In this document: positions 37,597 through 46,600 of the stretch, piece by piece | How positions within the stretch are numbered: position 1 is the stretch's first letter | How the letters are laid out: the number at the start of each line of letters is the position of its first letter | Source: Candidatus Nanosyncoccus sp. | Lineage (GTDB): Bacteria; Patescibacteriota; Saccharimonadia; Saccharimonadales; Saccharimonadaceae | Reading direction: 5' to 3' | Length of the DNA stretch: 64,000 nt | NCBI GenBank assembly: GCA_045603565.1 | Contig: JAZUML010000003.1 | Location: 13,818-77,817, forward strand | Position numbers and translations under genes: made by a program | Notes under the pieces: generated by a model | Database searches by the model: none | What the model was told of the DNA's origin: nothing | The model's input: only the letters and a program-made list of their open reading frames with translations

Positions 37597-40050
37597 ATGA
37601 AAAAGCTGGTCTTAATTGACGGAAAATCGGTTTTTTACCGAGGTTATTATGCAATGGGCGCACTCAGCCTTCCAGACGGTACGCCGACCGGCGGAGTATA
37701 TGGTTTTGCCGCTATCGCCATGGAAATCGTCAAAAAAATCAATCCCACCAAAATAGTTGTGGCTTGGGACTCCAAAACTTCTACCTCCAAACGCCGCGCA
37801 ATTTATCCGGAGTATAAAGCCGGTCGCGTTAAGCCAGGCGAAGATTTTTATGCCCAAATCCCACTTTTAAAGGAACTAATTCAAGATTTAGGTTGGAGTT
37901 TTGTTGAAATTGATGATTATGAAGCCGATGATATTATTGGCACGCTTTCAAAACAAGCCGACGAGACCTTAGATCAAAACGGCAAATGTGAGTACGAAAC
38001 ATTTATTATTTCTTCCGATCTCGATATGCTCCAAATAGTAGATAGCAACACCCATATGTGGCGCATCCTCAAGGGGTTTACTAACATTGAACAAATAAAT
38101 GTTCCAGAAATCGAAGCCAAATACGGCATCAAAAAGTCTCAATTCTTAGACCTCAAAGCCCTGAAGGGCGATTCGTCCGACAACATCCCCGGCGTACCCG
38201 GTATTGGCGAAAAAACCGCCGCCAAGCTTTTGAATGAATACAAAGATTTAGACGGTATATATCATAATATAGATAAAATTACCGGTTCAACCAAAGCCAA
38301 ACTCGAAGCAGGCGTCGCCTCCGCCCTCATGTCCAAAACTTTAGCTCAAATCATGTTTGACGCTCCTGTCTACCTAAACGACATCCCCGACTTCATATTC
38401 GACCGCGACCGCATCATTGCTGGCTTGAAAAAACTCCAATTCAACTCTCTCATCCGCAAAACTAGTCAAGAGGGCAAAGAAGCTGCAATTTCGAGGGGAT
38501 CCGGAGCCTGGCAAGGCGAGGACGAGCGCGTCGCCCCCGTGGCGACCGCCCCCCGGGACGCGGACGACCTCTGGTCGACGGGTGGCGACGACGCGCCCCG
38601 AGAAAGTGCTGATTCTTTGCCTGTCGATACTATTATTGATTGGAACATCAAATCTCTGATGCATCACGACGGAAAAATCGCTTCCGAAATCCTGCACGGC
38701 AAAAACTATTGGGATCTCGGCCAAGCAGAATTCTTACTCAATCCTCTCGAACGTGGACAATCAGATTTATATGACCCTATGGATTTTAAAACTGCTTATC
38801 AGGTTCAGCACAGGGAACTAAACAAGCTCCCTAGACTATATAATATATACAAAGAATTTGATTTGCCCCTAATTCCGATTCTTTACAAAATGGAAAAGCA
38901 GGGCATGTTAATCGACCGAGAATATTTCAAAAACCTCCAAGTCGAATACACCAAAGAAGTCGCCGCGCTTGAGCAGGATATTCAAAAACTCGCCGATACA
39001 GAATTCAACGTCAATTCTCCGATTCAGCTTTCCGAAGTGCTATTTTCCAAGCTCGAACTCCCAACCAAGGGCATCAAAAAGACCACTCGTGGCTATTCTA
39101 CTGGAGCAAAAGAGTTAGACAAACTCAAAGACCTCCATCCTATTATTGCCAAAATTATCGAATACCGCGAAGCGGCTAAGCTTCTTAACACTTATATCAT
39201 CCCAATTCCAGGCCTTGCGGGCGAAGACGGTCGTATCCACACCACTTTTACCCAAAATGTTACCGCTACTGGGCGCTTAAGTTCCAAAGATCCTAACCTC
39301 CAAAACATTCCAGTTCGTACCGACGAAGGCAAACGCATTCGTACTGGCTTCATTGCACCAGAGGGCAAAGTTTTGGTCTCGGCTGACTATTCTCAATTTG
39401 AGCTCCGTCTTGCCGCGATTCTGTCTGGTGATCAAGCCCTAATCGATGATTTCAATCACGACGTGGATATCCACACCAAGACCGCTTCAGAAGCCTTCAA
39501 AGTCCCGATGGACAAAGTCACCAAAGCCCAAAGACGCGCCGCCAAAGTCATTAATTTTGGTATTCTTTATGGCATGAGTGTCAAAGGTCTTTCTGACGCC
39601 GCCAAAATGCCAATTTATGAAGCAAAACGATTCATTGATAATTATTTTGAACTTCGCGCCCCAATCAAACAAAAACTGGAAAGCATCCTAAAACAGGCTA
39701 GGGAAGAAGGCTTTGTCGAAACTTTCTATGGTCGCCGTCGCCCTACACCAGACGTCAAATCCAGCAATTTCTTGATTCGCCAAGCCGCTGAGCGCGCCGC
39801 TCAAAATATGCCAATTCAGGGCACTGAAGCCGACTTAATGAAACGCGCTATGATCAAGGTCGATCAAAAGCTTCCCGAGGGCGCTAATCTCGTTATGCAA
39901 GTGCACGATTCTTTAATTGTTGAATGCGATAAATCTCAAGCCAAAGCAGTCGCTAAGATTTTGAAGACCGAAATGGAGTCTGTTGCCCCCGAGCTAGATA
40001 TCAAACTCGCCGTCGAAATCTCCACCGGTCAAAACTGGGGCGAACTCTAA
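37597..40050 (+). CDS. polA: DNA polymerase I with a ~50-aa palindromic insertion in the interdomain linker
   Basis: LIDGKSVFYRGYY, YEADDIIGT, GDSSDNIPGVPGIGEKT, TGRLSSKDPNLQNIP, DYSQFELR, NFGILYG, QVHDSL. Confidence 0.97.
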   Translation: MKKLVLIDGKSVFYRGYYAMGALSLPDGTPTGGVYGFAAIAMEIVKKINPTKIVVAWDSKTSTSKRRAIYPEYKAGRVKPGEDFYAQIPLLKELIQDLGWSFVEIDDYEADDIIGTLSKQADETLDQNGKCEYETFIISSDLDMLQIVDSNTHMWRILKGFTNIEQINVPEIEAKYGIKKSQFLDLKALKGDSSDNIPGVPGIGEKTAAKLLNEYKDLDGIYHNIDKITGSTKAKLEAGVASALMSKTLAQIMFDAPVYLNDIPDFIFDRDRIIAGLKKLQFNSLIRKTSQEGKEAAISRGSGAWQGEDERVAPVATAPRDADDLWSTGGDDAPRESADSLPVDTIIDWNIKSLMHHDGKIASEILHGKNYWDLGQAEFLLNPLERGQSDLYDPMDFKTAYQVQHRELNKLPRLYNIYKEFDLPLIPILYKMEKQGMLIDREYFKNLQVEYTKEVAALEQDIQKLADTEFNVNSPIQLSEVLFSKLELPTKGIKKTTRGYSTGAKELDKLKDLHPIIAKIIEYREAAKLLNTYIIPIPGLAGEDGRIHTTFTQNVTATGRLSSKDPNLQNIPVRTDEGKRIRTGFIAPEGKVLVSADYSQFELRLAAILSGDQALIDDFNHDVDIHTKTASEAFKVPMDKVTKAQRRAAKVINFGILYGMSVKGLSDAAKMPIYEAKRFIDNYFELRAPIKQKLESILKQAREEGFVETFYGRRRPTPDVKSSNFLIRQAAERAAQNMPIQGTEADLMKRAMIKVDQKLPEGANLVMQVHDSLIVECDKSQAKAVAKILKTEMESVAPELDIKLAVEISTGQNWGEL
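38473..38621. repeat. Family A palindromic element with an expanded central hairpin, in frame within polA
   Basis: 26-bp arms 38473-38498 and 38596-38621; GC-rich core TCGAGGGGATCCG...CGAGGACGAGCG resembles the tlyA copy. Confidence 0.82.
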
Positions 40051-40129
40051 ACTTATCAGATTTCTTTACAAGTTGAAGCCCTGGCGTTATTATTAGTATG
40101 TGTGTTGTGCACATACTGAAAGGGAAAAT

Positions 40130-41104
40130 ATGGATAAAAGTATAGAGATCTACAAAATTCATGAAGGCGAAATTGTTTTTCGCGTCGATGCAGACAAAGA
40201 GACCATTTGGACTACACAGGAACAACTTTCAAATCTTTTTGGTGTAGATCGTACCGTGATTGGTCGTCATTTGCGCAATATTTTTCGCGACGGAGAATTA
40301 GACGAAAATTCAGTATGTGCAAAAATTGCACATACTGCCACAGACGGCAAAACTTATCAGGTCAAAATGTACAATCTCGACGCCATTATCTCTGTTGGTT
40401 ATCGTGTCAACTCCAAAAAGGCCACCGATTTTCGTATTTGGGCTACCAAAGTTCTCCACCATTATGTTATTGACGGCGTTTCGGTTAACGAGCGTCGTTT
40501 AAAAGAACTCGATGCCAAAAAACTCCACGAAATCGAAGGCGCCCTCGGTATTGTCAAGCGCCTTGTTGCCTCTTCCGATCTTTCCGCTGATGAAGCTGGC
40601 GGCGTGCTAGAAGTTATCACTAAGTACGGCCCGAGTTTTAAGGCCCTTAAAGAATACGACGAAGGCCACATCTCTTTTGCAAAAGGGAAGAAGGCCACCA
40701 AAATCATTTCCAAAGACGACGGAATTAACATTATTAAAGAACTCAAAAAATCCGTCAAAGGCGACGACTTATTTGGCAAGCCGCGTGGCGAAGCCTTTGA
40801 ATCGTCACTCAGTGCCATCACTCAGACTTTCGATGGTAAGGATGTTTACCCCTCCATTTCCGAAAAAGCTGCCAACCTCCTCTATCTTATCATCAAAGAT
40901 CACCCCTTTTATGATGGCAACAAACGCATTGGCGCTCTGCTTTTTGTAGTCTTTCTCACTATCAACGACTATCACCTCACCAAAAATGGCGAAACCAAAA
41001 TTTCCGACCGCGCTCTCACCGCCCTCGCCCTCTTAATTGCCGAATCAAATCCCAAAGAAAAAGGGCTACTAATAGCCCTCATCTGTAAACTTTTGGAAAA
41101 TTAA
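40130..41104 (+). CDS. RhuM-family DNA-binding domain fused to a Fic/Doc domain
   Basis: YNLDAIISVGYRVNSKKATDFRIWAT (RhuM); HPFYDGNKRIG (Fic motif); start set at MDKSIE. Confidence 0.88.
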   Translation: MDKSIEIYKIHEGEIVFRVDADKETIWTTQEQLSNLFGVDRTVIGRHLRNIFRDGELDENSVCAKIAHTATDGKTYQVKMYNLDAIISVGYRVNSKKATDFRIWATKVLHHYVIDGVSVNERRLKELDAKKLHEIEGALGIVKRLVASSDLSADEAGGVLEVITKYGPSFKALKEYDEGHISFAKGKKATKIISKDDGINIIKELKKSVKGDDLFGKPRGEAFESSLSAITQTFDGKDVYPSISEKAANLLYLIIKDHPFYDGNKRIGALLFVVFLTINDYHLTKNGETKISDRALTALALLIAESNPKEKGLLIALICKLLEN

Positions 41105-41538
41105 CGCACGTAAGCGATATTATGCTCCATCGCCTGAGTCTCGAGCGCCACCAATCTTTCAGCATCATCAATAGATGAATTTACACAGTGTTTCACTCGA
41201 GCCTTCTCCTCGGCCTTCTTAGCATCATTCCAGCGATCCAAAGTACCTACCAAATAGCCAGTAATTCGGCGCAACCTCTCGAATTTACCTTCGTCAAAAT
41301 AATCAGCATATTGATCGAAATATTCTCTCGCGGCGTCCTCACCCACCTTATCATTAATTAATTTCATTCCGGCCTCTACCAGGCAGGAAACATGCATCGT
41401 TTCATATTGGTCAAATTCAGCCAAAGCTTCCTTTGCTTCTTTTTCTGTTACCTTTGCGTACCTTCCGAGCGACTTCAAGAATCTTTTCATGTCAAAATTC
41501 GCCACCTCATTTTGATTCCGATATAATATTTTCTTCAT
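41101..41538 (-). CDS. Miniature NrdD-related protein: ATP-cone-like domain + glycyl-radical C-terminal peptide
   Basis: ERLRRITGYLVGTLDRWNDAKKAEEKARVKH resembles the NrdD C-terminus (RVCGYL...RVKH); only 145 aa. Confidence 0.75.
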   Translation of the reverse strand: MKKILYRNQNEVANFDMKRFLKSLGRYAKVTEKEAKEALAEFDQYETMHVSCLVEAGMKLINDKVGEDAAREYFDQYADYFDEGKFERLRRITGYLVGTLDRWNDAKKAEEKARVKHCVNSSIDDAERLVALETQAMEHNIAYVR

Positions 41539-41625
41539 GACTTTCCTTTCTCGGCAATTGGTTGATTATAGTATAGTATTTTGGCCGATTTTTAATTTTA
41601 TAAGCATTACCTGAAATTATTGTAA

Positions 41626-41674
41626 TCCCTATATATAGCGTTTGTCAAGACTTTTTTGACACTAAATATGGTGT
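41626..41674. promoter_or_regulatory. Tandem NrdR-box-like operators
   Basis: TCCCTATATATAGCGT (41626-41641) and ACACTAAATATGGTGT (41659-41674) fit acaCwAtATaTwGtgt, 33 bp apart, upstream of the NrdD-like gene. Confidence 0.7.
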
Positions 41675-41724
41675 TTTTCCACAATTTCGCATTTTAAGAG
41701 GAAGCCATATGATAAAATAAAAAC

Positions 41725-42579
41725 ATGCCAGAGTTGCCAGAAGTTGAAACCATTCGTCGTGGGCTAAATAATTTTATTGTTCAAAAGAAAATCAAAAAAA
41801 TCGACATTCTTTGCGAAAAATCGTTCATCGGCGAACCGAAAATCGGCACAATTACAAACATTCGCCGTTTCGGCAAAGCCCTAATTTTAGACTTAGACAA
41901 TGATTATTCATTCATGATTCATCTCCGCATGACGGGGCAACTAATTTTTGATGGCAAAGAGCGCTACGCCGCCGGTCATCCGAGTGATAATTTTGTAGCA
42001 AAACTACCCAACAAACAGACCAGGGTAATTATAGAGCTAGAAAATGGCAAACTGTATTTTAACGACCAAAGAAAATTTGGCTTCATCAAAAGTCTCAAAA
42101 CCGATCAAGTAGGCAACGATTCTTTTATCAAAAAACTAGCCAAAGAGCCCTGGCAAATGACTGTAGAAGAATTCCACGAAAAACTTCAGCGCCATTCCAA
42201 ATCTCCAATCAAAGCTGTTGTCTTGGATCAAACTATCATTTGTGGCCTAGGCAACATTTATGCGGACGAAGCGTTATTTGCCGCCAAGATTCATCCCGAG
42301 ACTAAAGCCGGCAATCTTAGTCAAGCCGAGGCAAACAAGCTTCTTCTCGCCGCTCGTGACGTCATGCAAAAATCTATCGATTCCGGCGGCTCCACCATGA
42401 AAGACTACGTCAAAGCCGATGGCACCAAAGGTGATTATTTAGAAAAATTCGCTCAAGTCTTTAGAAGAGAGCATCAGCCTTGTCCACGATGCGGTCATGA
42501 AATCATCAAAATCAAGGTCGCCGGCCGCGGCACTCATATTTGCCCATGTTGTCAAAAACAGGAGGCCACCCATGATTAA
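41725..42579 (+). CDS. mutM: Formamidopyrimidine-DNA glycosylase
   Basis: MPELPEVETI, HLRMTGQ, DQRKFG, GLGNIYADEALF, CPRCG...CPCCQ zinc finger. Confidence 0.97.
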   Translation: MPELPEVETIRRGLNNFIVQKKIKKIDILCEKSFIGEPKIGTITNIRRFGKALILDLDNDYSFMIHLRMTGQLIFDGKERYAAGHPSDNFVAKLPNKQTRVIIELENGKLYFNDQRKFGFIKSLKTDQVGNDSFIKKLAKEPWQMTVEEFHEKLQRHSKSPIKAVVLDQTIICGLGNIYADEALFAAKIHPETKAGNLSQAEANKLLLAARDVMQKSIDSGGSTMKDYVKADGTKGDYLEKFAQVFRREHQPCPRCGHEIIKIKVAGRGTHICPCCQKQEATHD

Positions 42580-43177
42580 GATTTTTTATGGCGATAATCG
42601 CATCGCCGCAAAGCAGGCTATTGATAAATTCTTGGGCCCAAACTATGAAATCGTTGAAGGGAAAGAACTCTCTCCAAATGATTTACCCAGTCTTTTGCTT
42701 GGACAGTCACTTTTTGCTAGTCAGCGCAATATTCTTATCAGAGACATCTCCGACAACAAAGCAGTTTTTGAAAAAATTTCAGATTATCTAAATTCGCCTC
42801 ACAATATTGTTATTTTCGAAATCAAACTCGACAAGCGCTCAAGCGCTTACAAAACCCTCAAAAACCAAGTCGAAATCAAGGAATTTACTTTGCCAAAAGA
42901 CCCAAACTTAGGCTTAGTATTTGATATTTACAAAACCGCCAAAATCGACGGCAAAAAAGCAATCCAAATACTCGCCAAAATCAAACCCCAACAAGACCCC
43001 ATGATGTTTTTTGGTCTTATGGCTTCTCAGGCCATCAAAGATTTCACCAAAAAACAGGGAACCAAAGAAAAGAAAGCTCTCAAAGAGCTTTCTAAACTTG
43101 ATCAAGAATTAAAATCTTCTAAGCTGTCTTCTTGGCTTTTGATTGAGTCGTTTTTGTTGCGGCTTTCTTCGTTGTAG
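42572..43177 (+). CDS. holA: DNA polymerase III delta subunit-like protein (shortened)
   Basis: IFYGDN N-terminus, GQSLFASQRNILI, LSKLDQELKSS C-terminus; start at ATG 42572 after GGAGG. Confidence 0.6.
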   Translation: MIKIFYGDNRIAAKQAIDKFLGPNYEIVEGKELSPNDLPSLLLGQSLFASQRNILIRDISDNKAVFEKISDYLNSPHNIVIFEIKLDKRSSAYKTLKNQVEIKEFTLPKDPNLGLVFDIYKTAKIDGKKAIQILAKIKPQQDPMMFFGLMASQAIKDFTKKQGTKEKKALKELSKLDQELKSSKLSSWLLIESFLLRLSSL

Positions 43178-43520
43178 TTTTTGCAACAGGTTTTTTCTCG
43201 ACTGGCTTTTTAGCCACAGTAGCCTTCTTAGCGGTAGTCTTTGCTGCGGTCTTTTTTGCGGCTTTTGCCACTAATTTCACTCCAGCTGCTTTTGCGATAA
43301 CGTGTAATTTGGCCTTACGACGCGCAGCGGTGTTTTTCTTCAGCAAATCCTTTTTCACAGCCTTATCATATTCAGATTGAGCCTTTGCTAGAGTTTCTGC
43401 AGTTGGTTTAGCTTTAAAAGCCTTTACGGCAGCTTTGATATCTTTCTTAATTTGTACATTATGCTCAGTTCTTTTGGTAGCTTGACGAGCAGCCTTCTTG
43501 GCAGATTTAATAATTGGCAT
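43119..43520 (-). CDS. rpsT: 30S ribosomal protein S20 with a Lys/Ala/Thr-rich C-terminal tail
   Basis: MPIIKSAKKAARQ...N...K, DKAVKK..L.KNTAARRKAKL. Confidence 0.92.
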   Translation of the reverse strand: MPIIKSAKKAARQATKRTEHNVQIKKDIKAAVKAFKAKPTAETLAKAQSEYDKAVKKDLLKKNTAARRKAKLHVIAKAAGVKLVAKAAKKTAAKTTAKKATVAKKPVEKKPVAKTTTKKAATKTTQSKAKKTA

Positions 43521-43675
43521 TTTCTTCCTATATAGTTAAAAATTAATGAATTTTCACTATTATAACTCTTTTATCTCAAAAAGTAAAGAGTATTTATCTA
43601 TAATCACTCTGGTATTTTCTCTTGATTTTTTTAAAAGCTTATGTTAACATTAACGTATAACACGTAAGGAAGCTC

Positions 43676-45436
43676 ATGCCTGAAGAAAAGAAAACCAATA
43701 CTCCCCAAAAACCTGCTACCGACGATGCGCCTAAAGCACCAGAAACTACAGAGGCGCCAGTTGATGTTGTTTCTGAAGTCACCAGTAAAATCAATGACTC
43801 TCATAATGTTTTGATTGCTTTATCTAGTGATCCATCTGTTGATGAGATGTCTACTGCTATTGGTCTTTCACTTTATTTAGACAAATTAGGCAAACGCACC
43901 ACCGCGATTTATTCCGGTAATACCCCAAATGCTCTCGAATTTCTAAAGCCCGAAGAGACCTTTGAGACCAACGTTGGTTCCTTACAAGATTTCATCGTCG
44001 CCCTAAACAAAGACAAAGCCGACCACCTGAGGTACAAATTAGATGGGGATTTCGTCAAAATATATATCACCCCTTATCACTCTCGTATCGTCAAAGACGA
44101 CCTTGAATTCTCCTATGGTGATTACAACGTAGATTTGGTTTTAGCTCTCAACGTTGCTAACGGTATTGATTTAGATTCCGCCCTGCGCGAGCACGGTCGC
44201 ATCATGCACGACGCTACTATCATCAATATTACCACTGGCAATCCTGGCAAACTAGGCGAAATAGAGTGGACTGACAAGAGCGCCAGCTCCGTCGCCGAGA
44301 TGATTTCCAAATTACTATACACGATGGGCGCTAGCGTTCCAATCGAAAAAGACGAAGCCACCGCATTTCTTACCGGTATTGTTGCAGCCACTAATCGTTT
44401 TTCAAATGCCAAAACTACCTCAGAATGTATGGAGCTTGCCTCTAGATTAATGGAGTCGGGCGCCAATCAACAGCTTATTTCTAAAAACATTACCCCAGAC
44501 GTCGAAGACAAATTCTTTGGCCCTAGTCGAGGTAACGCTCTACGCATTGAAAGCGAAAAAGCCAGCAATGAAGACCCAACCAACCTCGACATCGAACACG
44601 ACGAAGAGGATGCAAAAGAAGCCAAAAAAGCTGAAAAAGCCCCCGAAAAAGTAGATCCACTACTAGCCGACCTCAAAGCGGCCGAAGCTAGCTTGTCTCA
44701 GGCTGGCGCCGAGACTGTGCCAGAAGCCGGGGATTCTCCCGTAGATATCGACAATCAAGATGCTCTCGGTACCTCTACCGAGCAACCAGCGGAGCCTGTC
44801 GAAATCGCAGAGCCAGTAGCTTCTACGAAATTTACCGAACCAGAAGAAGAATCAACCGAAAGCCCAGCAGAATCAACAGAAGAAACAGTGGAAGAAGAAC
44901 CCAAAGAAGAAACCGAACCATCCATAGAGCCATCGGAGGGAACTGAACTATCTGGATCAATAGAATCACCCGAACCATCTATCGAAACTGGTTCTATCGA
45001 ATCAGCCCAACCCGAGAAGGTAATTCAACCCCCAGCAGACCTTAGCGCAAATCTCTCTGCCGGTGATGATACCAATAAATATGGACAAATGCTAGAAGAC
45101 GCGCTAAAAAGCGCCGGTATTTCTGACGCGCCAGCCTCAGGCCCTAATCCAGCCGCTATGAATGCTCCAAGCGTACCTGCAAACCCAGAAATTAACGGTG
45201 TTCCGTCAATCAATTATATGCCAATGCCAGGCGAGGAGGTCTTACCTCCACCGCCAGCTCCACCAATTGCTCCAATGGGTCAAATGGCGCCCACTGGGCC
45301 AATGACTCCGATTACTCCAGCAGCGCCTATGACGCTCCCCGCCCCAGAGCCACTCGGCAGTCAGCCAGCCATGCAAGATCAGGTTTATGGTCCTCAATCA
45401 TCAGATCCAGGCGCTTTCAAAATCCCTGGCATGTAG
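43676..45436 (+). CDS. Degenerate DHH-phosphoesterase-like domain + long acidic/Pro-rich disordered tail
   Basis: NVLIALSSDPSVDEMSTAIGL, ASSVAEMI, ATAFLTGIVAATNRFS follow the DHH layout but the catalytic motifs are altered. Confidence 0.65.
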   Translation: MPEEKKTNTPQKPATDDAPKAPETTEAPVDVVSEVTSKINDSHNVLIALSSDPSVDEMSTAIGLSLYLDKLGKRTTAIYSGNTPNALEFLKPEETFETNVGSLQDFIVALNKDKADHLRYKLDGDFVKIYITPYHSRIVKDDLEFSYGDYNVDLVLALNVANGIDLDSALREHGRIMHDATIINITTGNPGKLGEIEWTDKSASSVAEMISKLLYTMGASVPIEKDEATAFLTGIVAATNRFSNAKTTSECMELASRLMESGANQQLISKNITPDVEDKFFGPSRGNALRIESEKASNEDPTNLDIEHDEEDAKEAKKAEKAPEKVDPLLADLKAAEASLSQAGAETVPEAGDSPVDIDNQDALGTSTEQPAEPVEIAEPVASTKFTEPEEESTESPAESTEETVEEEPKEETEPSIEPSEGTELSGSIESPEPSIETGSIESAQPEKVIQPPADLSANLSAGDDTNKYGQMLEDALKSAGISDAPASGPNPAAMNAPSVPANPEINGVPSINYMPMPGEEVLPPPPAPPIAPMGQMAPTGPMTPITPAAPMTLPAPEPLGSQPAMQDQVYGPQSSDPGAFKIPGM

Positions 45437-45477
45437 CCCTTGCTTTTCTCTAAAAAGTACGTTATAATAACAATGCT

Positions 45478-45554
45478 GGAATCGTAGCTCAGTTGGTTAG
45501 AGCGCTGCCCTGTCACGGCAGAGGTCGCGAGTTCGAGTCTCGTCGGTTCCGCCA
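45478..45554 (+). tRNA. tRNA-Asp(GTC)
   Basis: GGAATCG/CGGTTCC acceptor, CTGCC-CT GTC AC-GGCAG, TTCGAGT, CCA. Confidence 0.96.
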
Positions 45555-45596
45555 TTGAAAATAAAATAGACCCAAAGGGTCTAATTTTATTTTCAA
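45555..45596 (+). terminator. Long hairpin after tRNA-Asp (probable terminator)
   Basis: TTGAAAATAAAATAGACCC-AAA-GGGTCTAATTTTATTTTCAA. Confidence 0.7.
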
Positions 45597-45658
45597 CAGA
45601 CGAAACCAACGAGTCGTACTTGTTTTTTTCTAATACTCGTGGTATAATACCTCCCAAT

Positions 45659-45877
45659 ATGGCAATAAAAGTTACAAGAAAAGATCAGGGTGAGGCAAAC
45701 GAGAATATTATTCGTCGTTTCAACCGCAAAGTCCTTCAGAGCGGCATGATGCCTTTAAAGAAGTCGCAGATGCGTTTTAGTAAGCCTATTTCTAAGCGTG
45801 AGCGCCGCCTTAAAGCTATTATCCGCGAAGCCCGCAAGGCCGAAAAAACCGAGCGCATCAAACTAGGACTTAAATAA
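45659..45877 (+). CDS. rpsU: 30S ribosomal protein S21
   Basis: IKVTRKD..E..ENIIRRFNRKV...RF.KP.SKRERR; start after TGGTATAAT. Confidence 0.8.
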   Translation: MAIKVTRKDQGEANENIIRRFNRKVLQSGMMPLKKSQMRFSKPISKRERRLKAIIREARKAEKTERIKLGLK

Positions 45878-45886
45878 AATATATCT

Positions 45887-45974
45887 ACATGGACGGGTGG
45901 CGGACATGGAGGGGGTCCCCCCAAATTGTTACCAATTTTGGGGGAGGAGAATGTCCGCCAGGACCCGTCCAGAA
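45887..45974. repeat. Family B palindromic element, intergenic rpsU-adk
   Basis: TGGACGGGT/ACCCGTCCA and GGCGGACAT/ATGTCCGCC perfect stems; ends match 34333-34427. Confidence 0.88.
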
Positions 45975-46006
45975 TATGATATAATTTCCTTAAAGGAGAT
46001 TTTTTT

Positions 46007-46600
46007 ATGATTATATTATTTGGTTTAGCAGGTTCAGGTAAAGGAACACAGGGGAAGGCTCTATCCGAACTTTTCGGCTGGCGTTGGCTTTCGGTTGGCG
46101 ATGTTATTCGTCAAACCGGCGAATTCAAAGAACTTACCGACAAAGGTGAGCTAATCCCAGACGAAAAAGTAATCGAATTAATGGATAAGCAGATCAACAA
46201 AGCCGAAGCAGAAGGTTTTGATGTGATATTAGATGGCTATCCTCGTAATCAGGCTCAAGCCAAATATATCGTAGATCATATGCCAGAAAAGATCGACGGC
46301 GCTCTAATTCTTGAAGTCCCAAAAGAAGAACTAATCGAACGTTTGGCGTTGCGCGGTCGCGATGACGATAAAGAACGAGCCAGCATCGAACGTCGATTCG
46401 ACATCTTTGAACAAAATATTAGTTCAATTTTACCTCTGTTAGAGTCCAAAAACATTCCTATTGAACGCGTAGATGGCGTCGGCACAGTAGAAGCTGTAAC
46501 CGACCGTCTAGTAGAAGTTGTTCAAAAAATCTGCCCGAATGCTACAATTCAAAACGACGATGTCAATGGTGGAGAAATCGAGAAAAGTTATGGTGAATAA
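46007..46600 (+). CDS. adk: Adenylate kinase (short LID)
   Basis: GLAGSGKGTQ, SVGDVIR, GELIPDE, LDGYPRN, RGRDDD. Confidence 0.94.
   Translation: MIILFGLAGSGKGTQGKALSELFGWRWLSVGDVIRQTGEFKELTDKGELIPDEKVIELMDKQINKAEAEGFDVILDGYPRNQAQAKYIVDHMPEKIDGALILEVPKEELIERLALRGRDDDKERASIERRFDIFEQNISSILPLLESKNIPIERVDGVGTVEAVTDRLVEVVQKICPNATIQNDDVNGGEIEKSYGE

Noticed and set aside
1977-38621. Interpretation of the intragenic palindromes as self-splicing introns
   Set aside because: No group I/II or bulge-helix-bulge features were recognised, and all copies keep frame without stops in either orientation, which favours translation; not formally excluded
40095-40117. AGTATGTG/CACATACT palindrome upstream of the RhuM-Fic gene
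   Set aside because: Could be an operator, but it is a single short palindrome with no supporting evidence
41675-41683. Single TTTTCCACA DnaA-box-like 9-mer as an oriC hint
   Set aside because: Isolated, about 8 kb from the skew switch, with no box cluster or dnaA
43625-43650. TTATGTTAAC resembling the XerD arm of dif
   Set aside because: No XerC arm at the right spacing; it lies in the promoter region of the DHH-like gene
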